Made by a program: the position numbers and the translations under genes | Notes under the pieces: generated by a model | What the model was told of the DNA's origin: nothing | The model's database searches: none | What the model saw: only the letters and a program-made list of their open reading frames with translations | DNA from: an uncultured Solirubrobacteraceae bacterium | GTDB lineage: Bacteria > Actinomycetota > Thermoleophilia > Solirubrobacterales > Solirubrobacteraceae | Reading direction: 5' to 3' | DNA length: 24,000 bases | NCBI GenBank assembly: GCA_963851425.1 | Contig: CAWKPC010000001.1 | Location: forward strand, 1,896,023 to 1,920,022 | Part shown: positions 12,903-20,674 of the stretch, piece by piece | How the letters are laid out: each line of letters opens with the position of its first letter | Position numbering within the stretch: position 1 is the stretch's first letter

Positions 12903-15485
12903 ATGCCTGAAAGCAAGATGGACGATCAAGCTAATCCCCCAACGCCAACCGCGCGCCAACTCCTGACTGAGTGGGCGAACCAGCAAGACGGTTGGCTTCG
13001 TCAGCTTGTCTTCGAGGTACTCGCGTCAGGCCAGCCCGCTTCAGACAAAGCTCTCGGCGGGATCTACGACCTCTTCCTCCTCGAAAAGGGCTTGGCGGAG
13101 GGCACCCACGAGCCGGTTGCGTCGTTGGCGTACAACGAGTCATCCGATGAAGCATCAGGCGGGTTTGTGTTCCGCAAGCTTGAGAAGGTGCGTGGCGTAA
13201 ACGCGCTGACCGAGGGACAAGCCATCGAGTTCAACCCTGGCTTGACAATCCTGTTCGGCGAGAACGGCACCGGAAAGACTGGCTATGCCCGTGTCCTCAA
13301 GACACTCGCGGGTGTTCGCACGGCCGAGGAGATCCTTCCCAACGTCCATGAGCCAAGCGTCGCCGTACCACGGGAGGCCACCGTTGCGTATGCAATCGGA
13401 GACCACGAGCGCGTACTCGAATGGAAAGGCGAGTTGGGCGTACCGCCAATCACTCAAGCCAGCGTCTTCGACTCGCCAGCCGTGCGGCTTCACGTTGATG
13501 ATGATCTGGCGTACGTCTATACGCCTCGGGATCTCGCCCTGTTCCACGTCGTATCTGAAGGCATTGACGCGATCCAGGCTCGAGCGGAGAAGGATGCCGC
13601 AGACCATCTACCGGGCGGGAATCCCTATTTGCAGTTCTTTGAGCGAGGCACGGTCGTCTATCCGCACGTCGAGACCTTGGGTCCAGCTACGGACGTTCCG
13701 GCACTTGAGACACTAGCGGCCGTTACCGAAGATGAAGAAAAGACCGTCGTCTCTCTCAAAACAACGGTTGCCGCGCTCGAATCCGACTCGATCCCGGCCC
13801 AGCTCACCGCTGCACGCAGCCGAGCGCAGCTGTACAGAGAGCTGGCGAAAGGCGCCGACACTGCTTCAACGTTCGACAGCGACGCATACAAGCAGTCGGT
13901 GAAGGCCGCAAACGATGGAGCCGACGCATATGCGAGCTTGCGGTCAGAGTTGCTCGCGAGCGCGGGCATCGCGGACCAGTCGGAAGATGCCTGGCAGACA
14001 TTCATCTTGGATGGGGACGCCTATCGAGCGCACATCGGTGCAGATGACTATCCACATGACGACGATTCGTGCCTCTACTGCCGCCAGCCACTCGCGCCAG
14101 AGGCCCTTGCGCTCTTGAAGCGATATCGCGAATTCGCGGCTGACGCCGCTCGCGGTCGCATTGATGCTGCGCGGGCGCAGACGACCAGTCTGTCGCGCCA
14201 CCTCACGGGTCTAAGTCTCTCGTCCCTGCACTCGGCGGTGAAGCAACTCCAGGAGGATAACCTCGAGGATCAGTATCTTGCCGGAGTAGAGGCGTTTCTC
14301 GTCAGGCTGGATGCCCAAGAGCCGCATTGGCAAGCTGGAGCCGCAGTCGACTGGACTGGCATCGGCGATACAGCACGCGTGGTTGAGAAGGAAGCCGCCA
14401 CCCGCCGCGATGCTGCCGAGTCCCTCGTTACCGACCTCACAACACGCTCGGCTGACAGAGCCGAGCTGCTCAAGACTGAATCCGCGAAGCTCGCTGAGCT
14501 CAATGGTCGGCTTGAGCTGAAGAAGCGCCTTGCTGAGATCAAGGCCACCGTAGACGATGCAAAGTGGGCTCAGCGGGCCAAGCAGCTCATCAAAGCATTC
14601 CCGACCCTCAAGCGTTCTTTGACCGAAGTCTCCAAGACCGCCAGCGAGCAACTCCTCAATGCCGATTTCGGACGCCGGTTTGCGGATGAGTGCAAAGCAC
14701 TGAGAGCTCCAGTCGTCCGACTGGAGTTTCCGGGGAGACGCGGCCAACCCGCCAGACGGAAGGTGGTCTCAGCCGACCACAAGCCATCACAAATTCTATC
14801 CGAGGGTGAGCAGAAGGTCATCGCGTTGGCAGATTTTTTGGCGGAGGCCGCGTTGCGCCTCATCCCCGCACCGATTATCTTCGACGATCCGGTCAACAGC
14901 CTGGATTACCGGCGGATACATGAGGTCGCCGGCCGCATTGCACAACTTGCTGATGCCCGTCAGGTAGTCGTATTCACCCATAGCATCTGGCTCGCGACCG
15001 AGCTCCTCGACCGCTTTGAAAAGGATAAGTCACGGTGCAAGTACTACTCGGTGACCGATGATGGCGGTAAGGGCATTGTGGTCGCTGGCACACACCCCCG
15101 ATGGGACAGTGTCGCGAACACGACTAAGAAGGTCAATGAGGTGATTGCATCGGCAAAAACAGCCGAGGGAGAGACACGTCAAGCACTAATCGAGAGTGCG
15201 TATTCGAAGATCCGCTCGTGGTGCGAGATCGTAGTCGAGATGGAGCTGCTCCAAGGTGTGACTCAACGATACCAAGCGAACGTCATGATGACGAGGCTTG
15301 CCGACATTAAGGCCGACCGCCTCGCTGCCGCTACTGACATAATCAATCCCGTCTTCCTGAGAGCCTGTCGCGTCATGGATGGTCATTCACAGCCCCTTGA
15401 GACTCTTTCAGTGCGCCCCACGCTGGCCGAGCTTGAGCAAGACTGGGCAGACATCGGGGCAGCGCGCGCCGCATATATTGCTTAA
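12903..15485 (+). CDS. PrrC/RloC-like (AAA_13-type) ABC ATPase with coiled-coil insert and CxxC zinc hook (860 aa)
   Basis: Walker A GENGTGKT (aa 119-126). ABC signature LSEGEQ (aa 632-637). Walker B IIFDDP (aa 658-663). His-switch region VVFTHS. An A/E/L/R-rich helical insert of about 500 aa lies between them, with C390-L-Y-C393 (nt 14070-14081) at its midpoint. The C-terminal domain has R771-x3-E775...H828. Confidence 0.85.
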   Translation: MPESKMDDQANPPTPTARQLLTEWANQQDGWLRQLVFEVLASGQPASDKALGGIYDLFLLEKGLAEGTHEPVASLAYNESSDEASGGFVFRKLEKVRGVNALTEGQAIEFNPGLTILFGENGTGKTGYARVLKTLAGVRTAEEILPNVHEPSVAVPREATVAYAIGDHERVLEWKGELGVPPITQASVFDSPAVRLHVDDDLAYVYTPRDLALFHVVSEGIDAIQARAEKDAADHLPGGNPYLQFFERGTVVYPHVETLGPATDVPALETLAAVTEDEEKTVVSLKTTVAALESDSIPAQLTAARSRAQLYRELAKGADTASTFDSDAYKQSVKAANDGADAYASLRSELLASAGIADQSEDAWQTFILDGDAYRAHIGADDYPHDDDSCLYCRQPLAPEALALLKRYREFAADAARGRIDAARAQTTSLSRHLTGLSLSSLHSAVKQLQEDNLEDQYLAGVEAFLVRLDAQEPHWQAGAAVDWTGIGDTARVVEKEAATRRDAAESLVTDLTTRSADRAELLKTESAKLAELNGRLELKKRLAEIKATVDDAKWAQRAKQLIKAFPTLKRSLTEVSKTASEQLLNADFGRRFADECKALRAPVVRLEFPGRRGQPARRKVVSADHKPSQILSEGEQKVIALADFLAEAALRLIPAPIIFDDPVNSLDYRRIHEVAGRIAQLADARQVVVFTHSIWLATELLDRFEKDKSRCKYYSVTDDGGKGIVVAGTHPRWDSVANTTKKVNEVIASAKTAEGETRQALIESAYSKIRSWCEIVVEMELLQGVTQRYQANVMMTRLADIKADRLAAATDIINPVFLRACRVMDGHSQPLETLSVRPTLAELEQDWADIGAARAAYIA

Positions 15486-15504
15486 GCAGCCATGCGTGCT
15501 GCGC

Positions 15505-15520
15505 GTCGCACAAGCGGCAT
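15505..15520. repeat. dispersed intergenic motif, copy D: GTCGCACAAGCGGCAT
   Basis: Exact 10-mer GTCGCACAAG shared with copies A and B. Lies in the 46-bp gap between the convergent ATPase (stop 15485) and peptidase (stop 15532) genes. Confidence 0.55.
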
Positions 15521-15531
15521 ATTACACTCGC

Positions 15532-16617
15532 TTAGCGCACCGAGCACTTCTGCTTAGCCAACGTGATCAGCCTTTCGTGGAGGATGATAACGCCAATCAA
15601 AGAGCTGATATACGCGAATATGTCATCAAGCTCATTAGATAGATCGTCTCGCTCCACTACGCATGTGTTCGCCTTGATTCGTTCCCACCGTGCATGTCCG
15701 GACGGATGCGAACTCATCATCGCTAGATAAGTGTCTGTCTCGCTCGATGAGCCGAAAACTAGCGCCAAGATCTCGCATAGCCCAAAGAAATGCATCAAGC
15801 TGCCACACGCGACCGCCGCTCTCTCTTGTGGATAGCGAGACAACAGGCAAGCGACCGCGTATGCGTCAGCTTCGAACTCAGCGTTGTGGGCCTGAGAGGG
15901 TTCGGTCGCACGATCCTGCGCTAGAGTGGGCTTTATCGAGTCAAGATGACCGAGCCGAAAATGCCCATACTCATGTAGAAGAATAAACTCCTCAATCGTG
16001 ATGGCTAGATCCGTAAAATTGTCATCCGGCACAGCAAGTGCAGTGAGAATGTCACGGTGACTAGGCTTCATTGACGCTATTATGTCGCCTGTAGTCGCTA
16101 CTCGTGCAAGCCCGATCAGGACGTCGACATAAGACGGCGCCGACTTGGGATCTATGGCCTGACAGGTCGCGATAGCAAAAATGCAACGCAGTATAAGACC
16201 GAGCACGTTGACCACGGCTTCGTTGAGGACGATGATTGCCCCACCATGCGGCGTCGCAGAGATCCTGCCGTTAAGCGTCTCCAGCGGAAGCATTCCGACC
16301 GGTATCGATTCAAGCGTTTCTCTATCGGCCCCGGTCATTGAGAGGGCGGATTCTCGCAGCCTGCCGATCAGTGTGCCTCGGAAACTTCTCTCATATGACA
16401 TCATCTCGTCGTTGTACTCCACGTACTTGACCCACTGGCGTGGCTCTGCGGCTCCCGTCGCTACCCACGCATCAAAATGTTCGCGGAGCTGATCCAGCGG
16501 AATATACCTCGGTGGAAGATCCTCCGCGTAATGCGTTGAGAGGACCGATTCGAAGAGCAGCTTGAGATGGCGGTCGTCGTTAGATTCAGGAGGCAAAACG
16601 GCCGCTCGTTCCTTCAC
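15532..16617 (-). CDS. M48-like HExxH zinc metallopeptidase domain protein with unknown about 200-aa N-domain (361 aa)
   Basis: HEYGH (aa 215-219, nt 15961-15975), EFEADAYA (aa 247-254) and SSHPSGHARWERI (aa 302-314). This is the HExxH / E-x-x-A-D / (S/T)HP...R(I/L) motif set of peptidase M48 (HtpX/Ste24/BepA-type). An ImmA/IrrE-like (M78) relationship is not excluded. GTG start, no clear SD. Confidence 0.75.
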   Translation of the reverse strand: MKERAAVLPPESNDDRHLKLLFESVLSTHYAEDLPPRYIPLDQLREHFDAWVATGAAEPRQWVKYVEYNDEMMSYERSFRGTLIGRLRESALSMTGADRETLESIPVGMLPLETLNGRISATPHGGAIIVLNEAVVNVLGLILRCIFAIATCQAIDPKSAPSYVDVLIGLARVATTGDIIASMKPSHRDILTALAVPDDNFTDLAITIEEFILLHEYGHFRLGHLDSIKPTLAQDRATEPSQAHNAEFEADAYAVACLLSRYPQERAAVACGSLMHFFGLCEILALVFGSSSETDTYLAMMSSHPSGHARWERIKANTCVVERDDLSNELDDIFAYISSLIGVIILHERLITLAKQKCSVR

Positions 16618-16687
16618 AATGCGCTTGAGTAGTGTTCCTCGAAATCACTTGCGGTGCATCTCTGTGCAGGCACTCTGCGATGCGCAG

Positions 16688-17098
16688 CTAGACCCGCAAT
16701 GCCGTAATAACGGCATTAAGGTCTAGCCCATCGGCACACACATCGTATGTTGTATGGTTCCCGTCGGCCGTGAAAGCAATAACGGTGCCCCCTGGCAAAT
16801 CGGGTACCTCAACGATAGAGAGGGAGTCGCCTCGTGCGTCGATGACGAGCCCCCGCTTGCGTCCGCGACAGACCACGTTCTGGATCTGTGAGGCAAGATA
16901 CCCTGCACTAGCTGTACCTGAGATGATCAACGTGGCTGTCTCCGCGAACACGGCCTTGCCGGTGTCGAGAAGGGCTGCGGAACTCCGCGGATCTTCGTCG
17001 ATCTCAAGGACGATCTTACGAGCATCTGCCAAGGACGCGCCTTGTCGCAGCCGCCACGAAAAAGCTATCGCATCGCTCACGGACGCGATTCTACACAT
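16688..17098 (-). CDS. hypothetical protein (136 aa), first gene of the peptidase operon
   Basis: ORF track. Same strand, 70 nt upstream of the peptidase gene. Good codon bias. No HTH or other motif recognised. Start codon has no clear SD. Confidence 0.6.
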   Translation of the reverse strand: MCRIASVSDAIAFSWRLRQGASLADARKIVLEIDEDPRSSAALLDTGKAVFAETATLIISGTASAGYLASQIQNVVCRGRKRGLVIDARGDSLSIVEVPDLPGGTVIAFTADGNHTTYDVCADGLDLNAVITALRV

Positions 17099-17193
17099 TC
17101 GGCCGGAGTCAAGAGCAGTGACTCATTCTGCTTCGGATTGAAGGAGAGTAACGTCTGGTGTCTGCTGACTTGCCTCGGCAAAGGCCCACCCCT

Positions 17194-17213
17194 GTCGCAC
17201 AATCGGCGTTGGG
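17194..17213. repeat. dispersed intergenic motif, copy C: GTCGCACAATCGGCGTTGGG
   Basis: Exact 9-mer core. 16/20 match to copy B. Lies 75 nt downstream of the secreted-protein stop (17288) and 96 nt upstream of the 136-aa gene start. Confidence 0.6.
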
Positions 17214-17217
17214 TGAA

Positions 17218-17242
17218 CGTCGGCATCCGCGATCCGCCGACG
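17218..17242 (-). terminator. hairpin CGTCGGC-N11-GCCGACG downstream of the secreted-protein gene
   Basis: 7-bp perfect stem (17218-17224 / 17236-17242), 46 nt after the stop. Followed on the minus strand by TTCACCC, a poor U-tract, and then motif copy C. Confidence 0.35.
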
Positions 17243-17287
17243 GTTCGGCTACTCCAAGCGAAACAGTGGTGCAAGTGATCCCGACTG

Positions 17288-18376
17288 TCAAGGAACAGTA
17301 AGCGTGTTTGAGCTGATACCGTTAATAGTCACCCACACCTGATCGCCTGCTTCGTAGTCGTAGCATGTGTGGCCATTGTCCCATGTCTCTGGGCTGACGG
17401 TCTCGTACAGCGTAAAGGTCGCGTCGCCCCCGCTGGCGAAGTCGCAAGAGTAGCTATACGAACCAGGCGCGAACCCTTCCATGTTGAGCCATATCCAGCC
17501 AGGGTGTGCGCCACTCCATCCGATATGTAGTGCCTGCGACGGAGGCGTCGGTGTGGGTGTGGGTGTGGGTGTGGGTGTAAGTGTAGGTGTAGGTGTGGAT
17601 GTGCCGCCGCCTTGGGGATTGACGGTCGGCCCTTGTATGCCAGAACTATTGACAGACGTGCTTGACACCGGCAGCGACGAACCACCGCTCGGTGCTCCCG
17701 TTGAGGACGCGTGCGACGAGCACGCCGACCCGTCGATGACACCTTTGAGCAAAGATAGCGACACTGCTTTACCACCAGAAGCCGTGATGCCGTCAGCGAA
17801 CAGCGAGGCGGCGCATGAGGGGTTGATCTTCGAGATGACCCAGCTAATGGCCTTAGAACTGACCCAGACGACGCCCTTCTCCGCGAGACACTCGACAAAG
17901 CCTGGTACGTCGCCGTCAAGAATGCTGAGACACAGCGCGTCCTGGACTTTCGTTAGCAGACCGGAGATCGAGAAAAGCGATAGCTGGCTTACCCAGACGG
18001 TTCGCTGACCGGGCTGGTTGCTCTCGGGAACCCAGAGCCCGCCGAGGTCGTGAGCGACAACTTCGGTGCCGTTGCGCAGCGGCGCCGTGACCTCAACGGA
18101 GCCATGCCACGGCACGTTGATCTTGATGGCGATGCGGCCACCGGAGAGCCGGGTGATCGAGGCGGAGCCATTTCGCTTGACTACGTGCGGAGGCACGTAG
18201 AGATTCCAGCCATCCCCGGCGTTGACGTCGCCTCCGCCACGAACGGTCAGATGCTGCCTGGCAAGTAGGCGAGCCGCCTTGGAGTGGGCAGCCGCGGGCT
18301 GCGCAACCACTCCTAGAACAAGCGCAACGGCAGCAGCCATCGGAATGGTCCAGCGCAATCCAACCCATACCCGCAT
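17288..18376 (-). CDS. secreted protein with Thr-Pro repeat linker and about 85-aa C-terminal domain (362 aa)
   Basis: GAGGGAG SD 6 nt upstream of ATG 18376. Signal peptide MRVWVGLRWTIPMAAAVALVLGVVAQPAAAHS. Linker TSTPTPTLTPTPTPTPTPTPP. C-terminal module SQALHIGWSG...VWVTINGISSNTLTVP. No family recognised. Confidence 0.75.
   Translation of the reverse strand: MRVWVGLRWTIPMAAAVALVLGVVAQPAAAHSKAARLLARQHLTVRGGGDVNAGDGWNLYVPPHVVKRNGSASITRLSGGRIAIKINVPWHGSVEVTAPLRNGTEVVAHDLGGLWVPESNQPGQRTVWVSQLSLFSISGLLTKVQDALCLSILDGDVPGFVECLAEKGVVWVSSKAISWVISKINPSCAASLFADGITASGGKAVSLSLLKGVIDGSACSSHASSTGAPSGGSSLPVSSTSVNSSGIQGPTVNPQGGGTSTPTPTLTPTPTPTPTPTPPSQALHIGWSGAHPGWIWLNMEGFAPGSYSYSCDFASGGDATFTLYETVSPETWDNGHTCYDYEAGDQVWVTINGISSNTLTVP
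17549..17602 (-). repeat. imperfect hexanucleotide tandem repeat (GGTGTG/GGTGTA)n encoding the TP linker
   Basis: Read directly: ggtgtgggtgtgggtgtgggtgtgggtgtaagtgtaggtgtaggtgtgg. Lies inside the CDS above. Confidence 0.8.
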
Positions 18377-18537
18377 CTCTTGCTCCCTCGTCTAGCGGTG
18401 CAGTAGCGTGGCCCGGAAGCATATCATTCCGCTTAGCTGAAAGATCGCGCAACGTGGCATCCCGATCTCAGGGGTTGGAAGGGTAAGCGGCGCTCTGCGT
18501 GCAGTGGCACAGGGTTGTGAGCGCCTCCCTGTTCTAT

Positions 18538-18561
18538 GTCGCACAAACCCGGTAGTGCGCG
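18538..18561. repeat. dispersed intergenic motif, copy E: GTCGCACAAACCCGGTAGTGCGCG
   Basis: Exact 9-mer core plus the terminal TGCGCG shared with copies A and B, but with a 9-nt rather than 7-nt spacer. Lies 31 nt downstream of the murA stop (18592). Confidence 0.6.
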
Positions 18562-18591
18562 ATGCTGCCTCATCTGGAGCCGCTCACGCAT

Positions 18592-19941
18592 CTACTCGGC
18601 TATGTCTGCACCGAGGTCTCGTATGCGCATGATCAGGTTGTCGTATCCACGGACGAGATGCTCGCTTCCGTGCAGGGTGGTATGTCCGTCGGCTACGAGA
18701 CCGGCAATAAGGAGGGCGGCGCTCGCGCGCAGGTTGTCGCCGGTGACCGCCGTACCGTGCAGGCGCGTCGGCCCTTCAATTTGTACGACCTGTCCGTCTG
18801 GCGACGCCTCGGTGAATCCATAGGCGGCGGTACTACGCGTGTCATCGAGGCGGACCACCGCACCCATGTGCGCCAGCTCCGCAACCTGGGAGAACCGCGC
18901 GGAGTACACGGTCTCATGGAATGTACTCCTGCCCGAAAGGCGGGTCATAAATACCTGAACCAAGGGGCCCCAATCCGTGAGGAAGTCTGGATAAGGGCCG
19001 CTTGTGAGGTGGAGAGCCCCGCCACCATGCCACGCATTCCCATGCACCACTAGAGAACTCGTGGTGCTGTCGATCGGGACGCCAGCATGCTCCAATGCGG
19101 CGAGGAGTGGGCCGATTGGCTCTCGCCCAATACCGACGATTTCGACCTCGCCCCCGCAGAGCGCCCCAGCAATAGCTAGTGTCGCTGCATCGTTACGGTC
19201 AGGTGGAACCGCGTAGCGCGTCGCGGGAACCGTCGTCTCGCGGCCAACGATGTGAAGAGAGCCGGGAGACGTTGTTTCGATCAAGACACCGGCACGTCGG
19301 AGAAAATCGATCAGCGTGAGAACGTCAGGATCGATGGAGGCTCCTTCTATGGTCGTGCTGCCCTGCGCTCCGACGGCCGCCAAGATGGCGTTGGCCGTAC
19401 CGTTCACGGTGTCGCGCTCAAAGCGGATCACCCCTCCCGTCAACGGCTCGGCGAGCAAGCGATAACCCGACCCCTTTTGCTCGATCGTTGCGCCAAGGCT
19501 TTGGAATGCATCCAGATGACGATCGACTGGCCTTGAGCCGATCTCGTCCCCGCCGGGGTCACCCACCTCAGCCAATCCAAATCTTCCAAGTAGCGCCCCA
19601 GCGAAAAGGAAGGAGCCGGTAGAGCGCCGCGTCAGGTTTGATGCGAGTGGTTCGGGACGCACTCGGGTCGAGTCAAGCGTCAAGATCGACCGATACGTGT
19701 CGAGCGTCACCTCTGCCCCGAGCGCCTGCGTGATGGCGACTAGCGATTTAGCATCTTCCGTCTGTGGAACACCACGGAGGTGATGAACTGCGGGAAGAGC
19801 GATACAGGCCGCGATGAGCTTGTGAAACGCATTCTTTGAGCCTGCGACGGGCACCACGCCAGAGAGGTGAGCGCCTCCGGCGATGGTGATTTGGCTCGAC
19901 TGCTGAGAGCTCGGTACGCTGCTTGGAGTCATTTCTTTCAC
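18592..19941 (-). CDS. murA: UDP-N-acetylglucosamine 1-carboxyvinyltransferase (MurA), Asp variant at the Cys115-equivalent position
   Basis: ITIAGGAHLSGVVPVAGSKNAFHKLIAA, PGGDEIGSRPVDRHLDAFQSLGATIE and C-terminal HLVRGYDNLIMRIRDLGADI match the conserved MurA blocks (GxKN, GGC-x-IGxRPVDxH, RGY...LGA). The track start is GTG 19941; ATG 19932 is an alternative. Confidence 0.9.
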   Translation of the reverse strand: MKEMTPSSVPSSQQSSQITIAGGAHLSGVVPVAGSKNAFHKLIAACIALPAVHHLRGVPQTEDAKSLVAITQALGAEVTLDTYRSILTLDSTRVRPEPLASNLTRRSTGSFLFAGALLGRFGLAEVGDPGGDEIGSRPVDRHLDAFQSLGATIEQKGSGYRLLAEPLTGGVIRFERDTVNGTANAILAAVGAQGSTTIEGASIDPDVLTLIDFLRRAGVLIETTSPGSLHIVGRETTVPATRYAVPPDRNDAATLAIAGALCGGEVEIVGIGREPIGPLLAALEHAGVPIDSTTSSLVVHGNAWHGGGALHLTSGPYPDFLTDWGPLVQVFMTRLSGRSTFHETVYSARFSQVAELAHMGAVVRLDDTRSTAAYGFTEASPDGQVVQIEGPTRLHGTAVTGDNLRASAALLIAGLVADGHTTLHGSEHLVRGYDNLIMRIRDLGADIAE

Positions 19942-19955
19942 ATACCAGTTTATGA

Positions 19956-19985
19956 ATTATATGCCTTTATGCAAAGCACTGTCCG
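19956..19985 (-). promoter_or_regulatory. possible murA promoter
   Basis: The minus strand reads CGGACA (19985-19980), an 18-nt spacer, then perfect TATAAT (19961-19956), in an AT-rich patch. This implies a very short leader. Weak -35. Confidence 0.3.
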
Positions 19986-20002
19986 TCGAAATGTCATCGC
20001 TG

Positions 20003-20674
20003 TCAAGGTGTGTGTGCTGGTGGGACGGAGCGCGTAACCGGTCTGCTCTGCTTTGTGGGATGGTGAGCCGACGCCTTTCCTGGCTGAAAGGCTGTGATGA
20101 TCGCAACAGTCAGAGCCAGCCCCCACAAGAGTCCAATTAGCATCGGAATCCACGTCGAAAAGAGCGTGTTCGGGTCAGGCACAAGACGATGCAGACGCAT
20201 GATGATCTTCGGTGGCCTCCCAAGACGGATTACCGCCTGAGCTTGTCGCGTCGGCACGTCACGCCAAAATCTCGCTCGGGCAGAGGTGAAATCAAGGTCG
20301 GCGTCACGTGCGGTTTTGCCTGGATACCAATAGTCTGGGTCGGTCTCGATGAGTCCAGCGGTGCTGCGCCAGAACTCTAGCGCGCTAATGGTGCGAGCGA
20401 TCAAGAAAGGATGCACAACACTCAGCGCCAGCCCGACGACGGGAATCGCGACACTCATGGGGTTGTGCGCTTGAAGGCTGACGCCAAACGCCGCAAACAA
20501 GAACGATGTCGTCAGCAGAAACGTATTCGTGCGGGCAAGCACAAAGCGGCTCTCGTGCAGGACCAGTTCGAGCACCTTCCCATGAAGCGCGACAAGCCGC
20601 AGATGCCGGTCTCGCTGAGCGTCCGTGGTCCACCGACCCGGTGTTGTGCCGGTCGACGTAGCTGGACTAGACAT
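20003..20674 (-). CDS. hypothetical 3-TM membrane protein (223 aa)
   Basis: The ORF track extends to GTG 20893. ATG 20674 (MSSPATSTG) has GGAGG 5 nt upstream, and the extension is Arg-rich and not protein-like. TM helices: FLLTTSFLFAAFGVSL, MSVAIPVVGLALSVVHPFLIA and TWIPMLIGLLWGLALTVAIITAF. Confidence 0.65.
   Translation of the reverse strand: MSSPATSTGTTPGRWTTDAQRDRHLRLVALHGKVLELVLHESRFVLARTNTFLLTTSFLFAAFGVSLQAHNPMSVAIPVVGLALSVVHPFLIARTISALEFWRSTAGLIETDPDYWYPGKTARDADLDFTSARARFWRDVPTRQAQAVIRLGRPPKIIMRLHRLVPDPNTLFSTWIPMLIGLLWGLALTVAIITAFQPGKASAHHPTKQSRPVTRSVPPAHTP

Noticed and set aside
16698-16717. Hairpin AATGCCGT-AATA-ACGGCATT as a terminator
   Set aside because: It lies inside the 3' end of the 136-aa CDS, upstream of its stop at 16688. 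The downstream peptidase gene is likely co-transcribed. It is probably incidental or a minor attenuator.
17549-17602. GT-rich tandem repeat as a non-coding microsatellite or CRISPR-like repeat
   Set aside because: It lies in frame within a well-supported CDS and encodes a Thr-Pro linker. There are no spacers.
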